Shown here piece by piece: positions 61,880 through 64,000 of a stretch of 64,000 nt of DNA (position 1 is the first letter of the stretch; each line of letters begins with the position of its first letter). The translations under genes were made by a program, and so were the position numbers. This DNA is from Octopus sinensis (lineage: Eukaryota). The stretch spans positions 161,758,001 to 161,822,000 of the forward strand of contig NC_042998.1 of the NCBI RefSeq assembly GCF_006345805.1, read 5' to 3'. Below the pieces are notes generated by a model that saw only the letters and a program-made list of their open reading frames with translations, ran no database searches and had not been told where the DNA came from.

Positions 61880-62030
61880 AATATCGTTATACTTGGGGAC
61901 GGTCATATTTTGCCAGTTAAACATATGCATTATATATCTGGTCTTCACTTCAGTTTTATCATGATTATTTAGTTTTTGTTGTAAAAGCTCTTTTGTCACA
62001 CATCATGTGACCTCTTCAGTGACGCTGTAT
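61880..62030 (-). mobile_element. Probable PLE-type 3' end containing a decayed hammerhead (61981-62023)
   Basis: GUCA-CUGAAGA-G-GUCAC(AUGAUGU)GUGAC-AAAA-GAGC-UU^UUAC. Confidence 0.5.
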
Positions 62031-64000
62031 CCCAGGTGTCTCCAAAAGAACTTTGACAAAGAAACTAAAATAATAATTATAAAGCTACAGTGAAGATAAA
62101 TAGTGCATGTATTTAACTGGTAAAATCCCCAAGTATAACTTGTTCCAACACAGGAATCTTGCAAAACAAATATATAACTGTAAAAATTTAACCAATTTTT
62201 TAAGAAAATCTGTCATAATTATTGTCTTGGCTCCTCGCAAAAGCAACATTCATAGCAATAGTTAACAATGAGCAAGAACATTATAGAGTTAGGTATCGAG
62301 CTAAAGAGATCAAGGAGCTGTTTTCATTAAGTCCATTGTCAAGCTCTTAATTTCTATCAATTGAATTTACCTTATTCTAAATACTGTGGGTAAACAGTAA
62401 GATCAGCTGTAGTTACTTTCCATTATCGTACTGAATTCCTACTGTGAGAAAACCTATGTACAGCAATCAAGCATATATTTTTTATAGAGATATATCTCTT
62501 TTTTACTTATCTCTTGAAAAATCTTATCTAAGCATTGGTTTTATAGATCCATAGTGTCTTGAAAAGATTATCTATAAAAAAATAAACTTAGAAATCATTA
62601 TATGTTAAGAATAGTTGAGCTTTTATTGAGTAACTGCAATGTAGTTAAAGGAAAACTTATACGAAAAAATTAGATCAAATGAGGAGCTTTACAGAAAGTT
62701 GATAATCTAGACAAACCTGTATGCAAACTGCAATTACATAAAAGCTATTTCTTTAAGGAAGGATAGTTAAGGTGGCATATGTGAGGTAAGAATTAAGTGA
62801 TGTTAAATAATGAGTAATTAGTTTGTGAAATAACGATTAAAGTATAACAGTTCTAGTGCAAATTATTTTCACAATATGTTACCCAATAGATTTTTGAAAA
62901 AGCCTCTATGATTACCTCACCTATTGAAAATAACAGTAAGACTTCTCTCTCAAATCACATTGTACTGTTTTGAAAATGGATAAACACACCTGATAACTGT
63001 CTTAGATAACATAAATATGATAAATAGTCACAAATGGAATGCTTGTAGAACAGCATAACCAACAGTGGTAATAAAGTTTTGACTATGATTTATTACAGGA
63101 ATCTTTGATATTTAGATTTTAATCCTTTGGTTTTTAATTACTTGTATTTTGCGTGAAATGGTCTTACATGGAATTAAATGAGTTTTGCAATGTGGCACTG
63201 AAAACGTAAGACTAAATTTCATTACAGTCGTAATCTCACAAAACAACTGAGATTTTTGAAACCTACAATGAGTTTGTCTGATGAATTATTGACTACAATA
63301 CTTGGTTTGTTATGATTCTAATAGACAGGATGAGTGCAAGTTGACAAAATGACAAATTATTTGAAGTATTTTCCATTTAGTTTATGTTTGGAAGAGACAT
63401 GACCAAACTAGGCTATCTAAAGATATTCAGCAAAAGGGGCATTACTGATAGTACTGGTTACAATATGGATAGGAGGTAAGTGTGTTTTGATAAATTTAAA
63501 TCATTTGTGTTGGGTCGGAATTGTTTCAGTGAGTAATAATAAAATATGTTATAATTTATTTATTGATTACATCAGTTGTATTATTCTGTTACATGACAAA
63601 ATCTTCATTAATTTCAATATTTTAAATAATACTGCTTGTTTGTTTTTCTTTTCTATGCTTCATATTTCCAGTGGAGCAGTACTCATTTCTGTAGCACTTT
63701 GTGGATCAGAGACACATCTCTGGGAATGTTGGTTTGTTGACAGTAACTTTATTATAAAAGCAAATCAACTTAGCATTGCAACCTAGTAAACACTTTTCAG
63801 TTTTAAAATGTTGCTTTGTTTATAGCAGACAATTGTGTTATTGTGATGCTTAATGCTAAATTGATTCAGTCATTGAGATTTGAGTGTTTGAACATGAACA
63901 AAGCTTAGTTAGTTGGTGGGTATGAAGCCAACAAGTTTTGGCTGATACTTAGTAGTCTATCAGTTTTGTCAACTGTGGCCCTAAACAAACAAAATTTTTG

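Overview
AT-rich, microsatellite-dense eukaryotic DNA. The SINE repertoire and composition look like a coleoid cephalopod (Octopus-like); this is inferred from recall of such repeats, not from a search. Nearly all ORFs in the supplied track are microsatellite or SINE artefacts, and no intact gene could be identified; a few short splice-flanked candidate exons are listed at low confidence. The window is mostly mobile-element debris: a Tc1 3' end with IR/DR termini, a mariner remnant, piggyBac-like and hAT MITEs, two non-autonomous Helitrons, LINE fragments (CR1/Jockey-like, Tx1/L1-like, RTE), a Penelope-like (PLE) RT fragment, and about 40 SINE copies from at least five families (my labels A-E). 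The main result is five minimal type-I hammerhead-ribozyme-like motifs from four different PLE-type terminal repeats (17373-17410, 18226-18288, 53995-54041 with 54170-54216, 61981-62023). One has all core positions and short stems intact, with a compensatory U3-A8 core. Other structures of note: a Helitron with an antisense helicase remnant, a 5'-inverted SINE, a 219-bp templated duplication, and a 74-nt near-perfect hairpin. Coordinates of degenerate repeats are approximate (about 10-30 bp).
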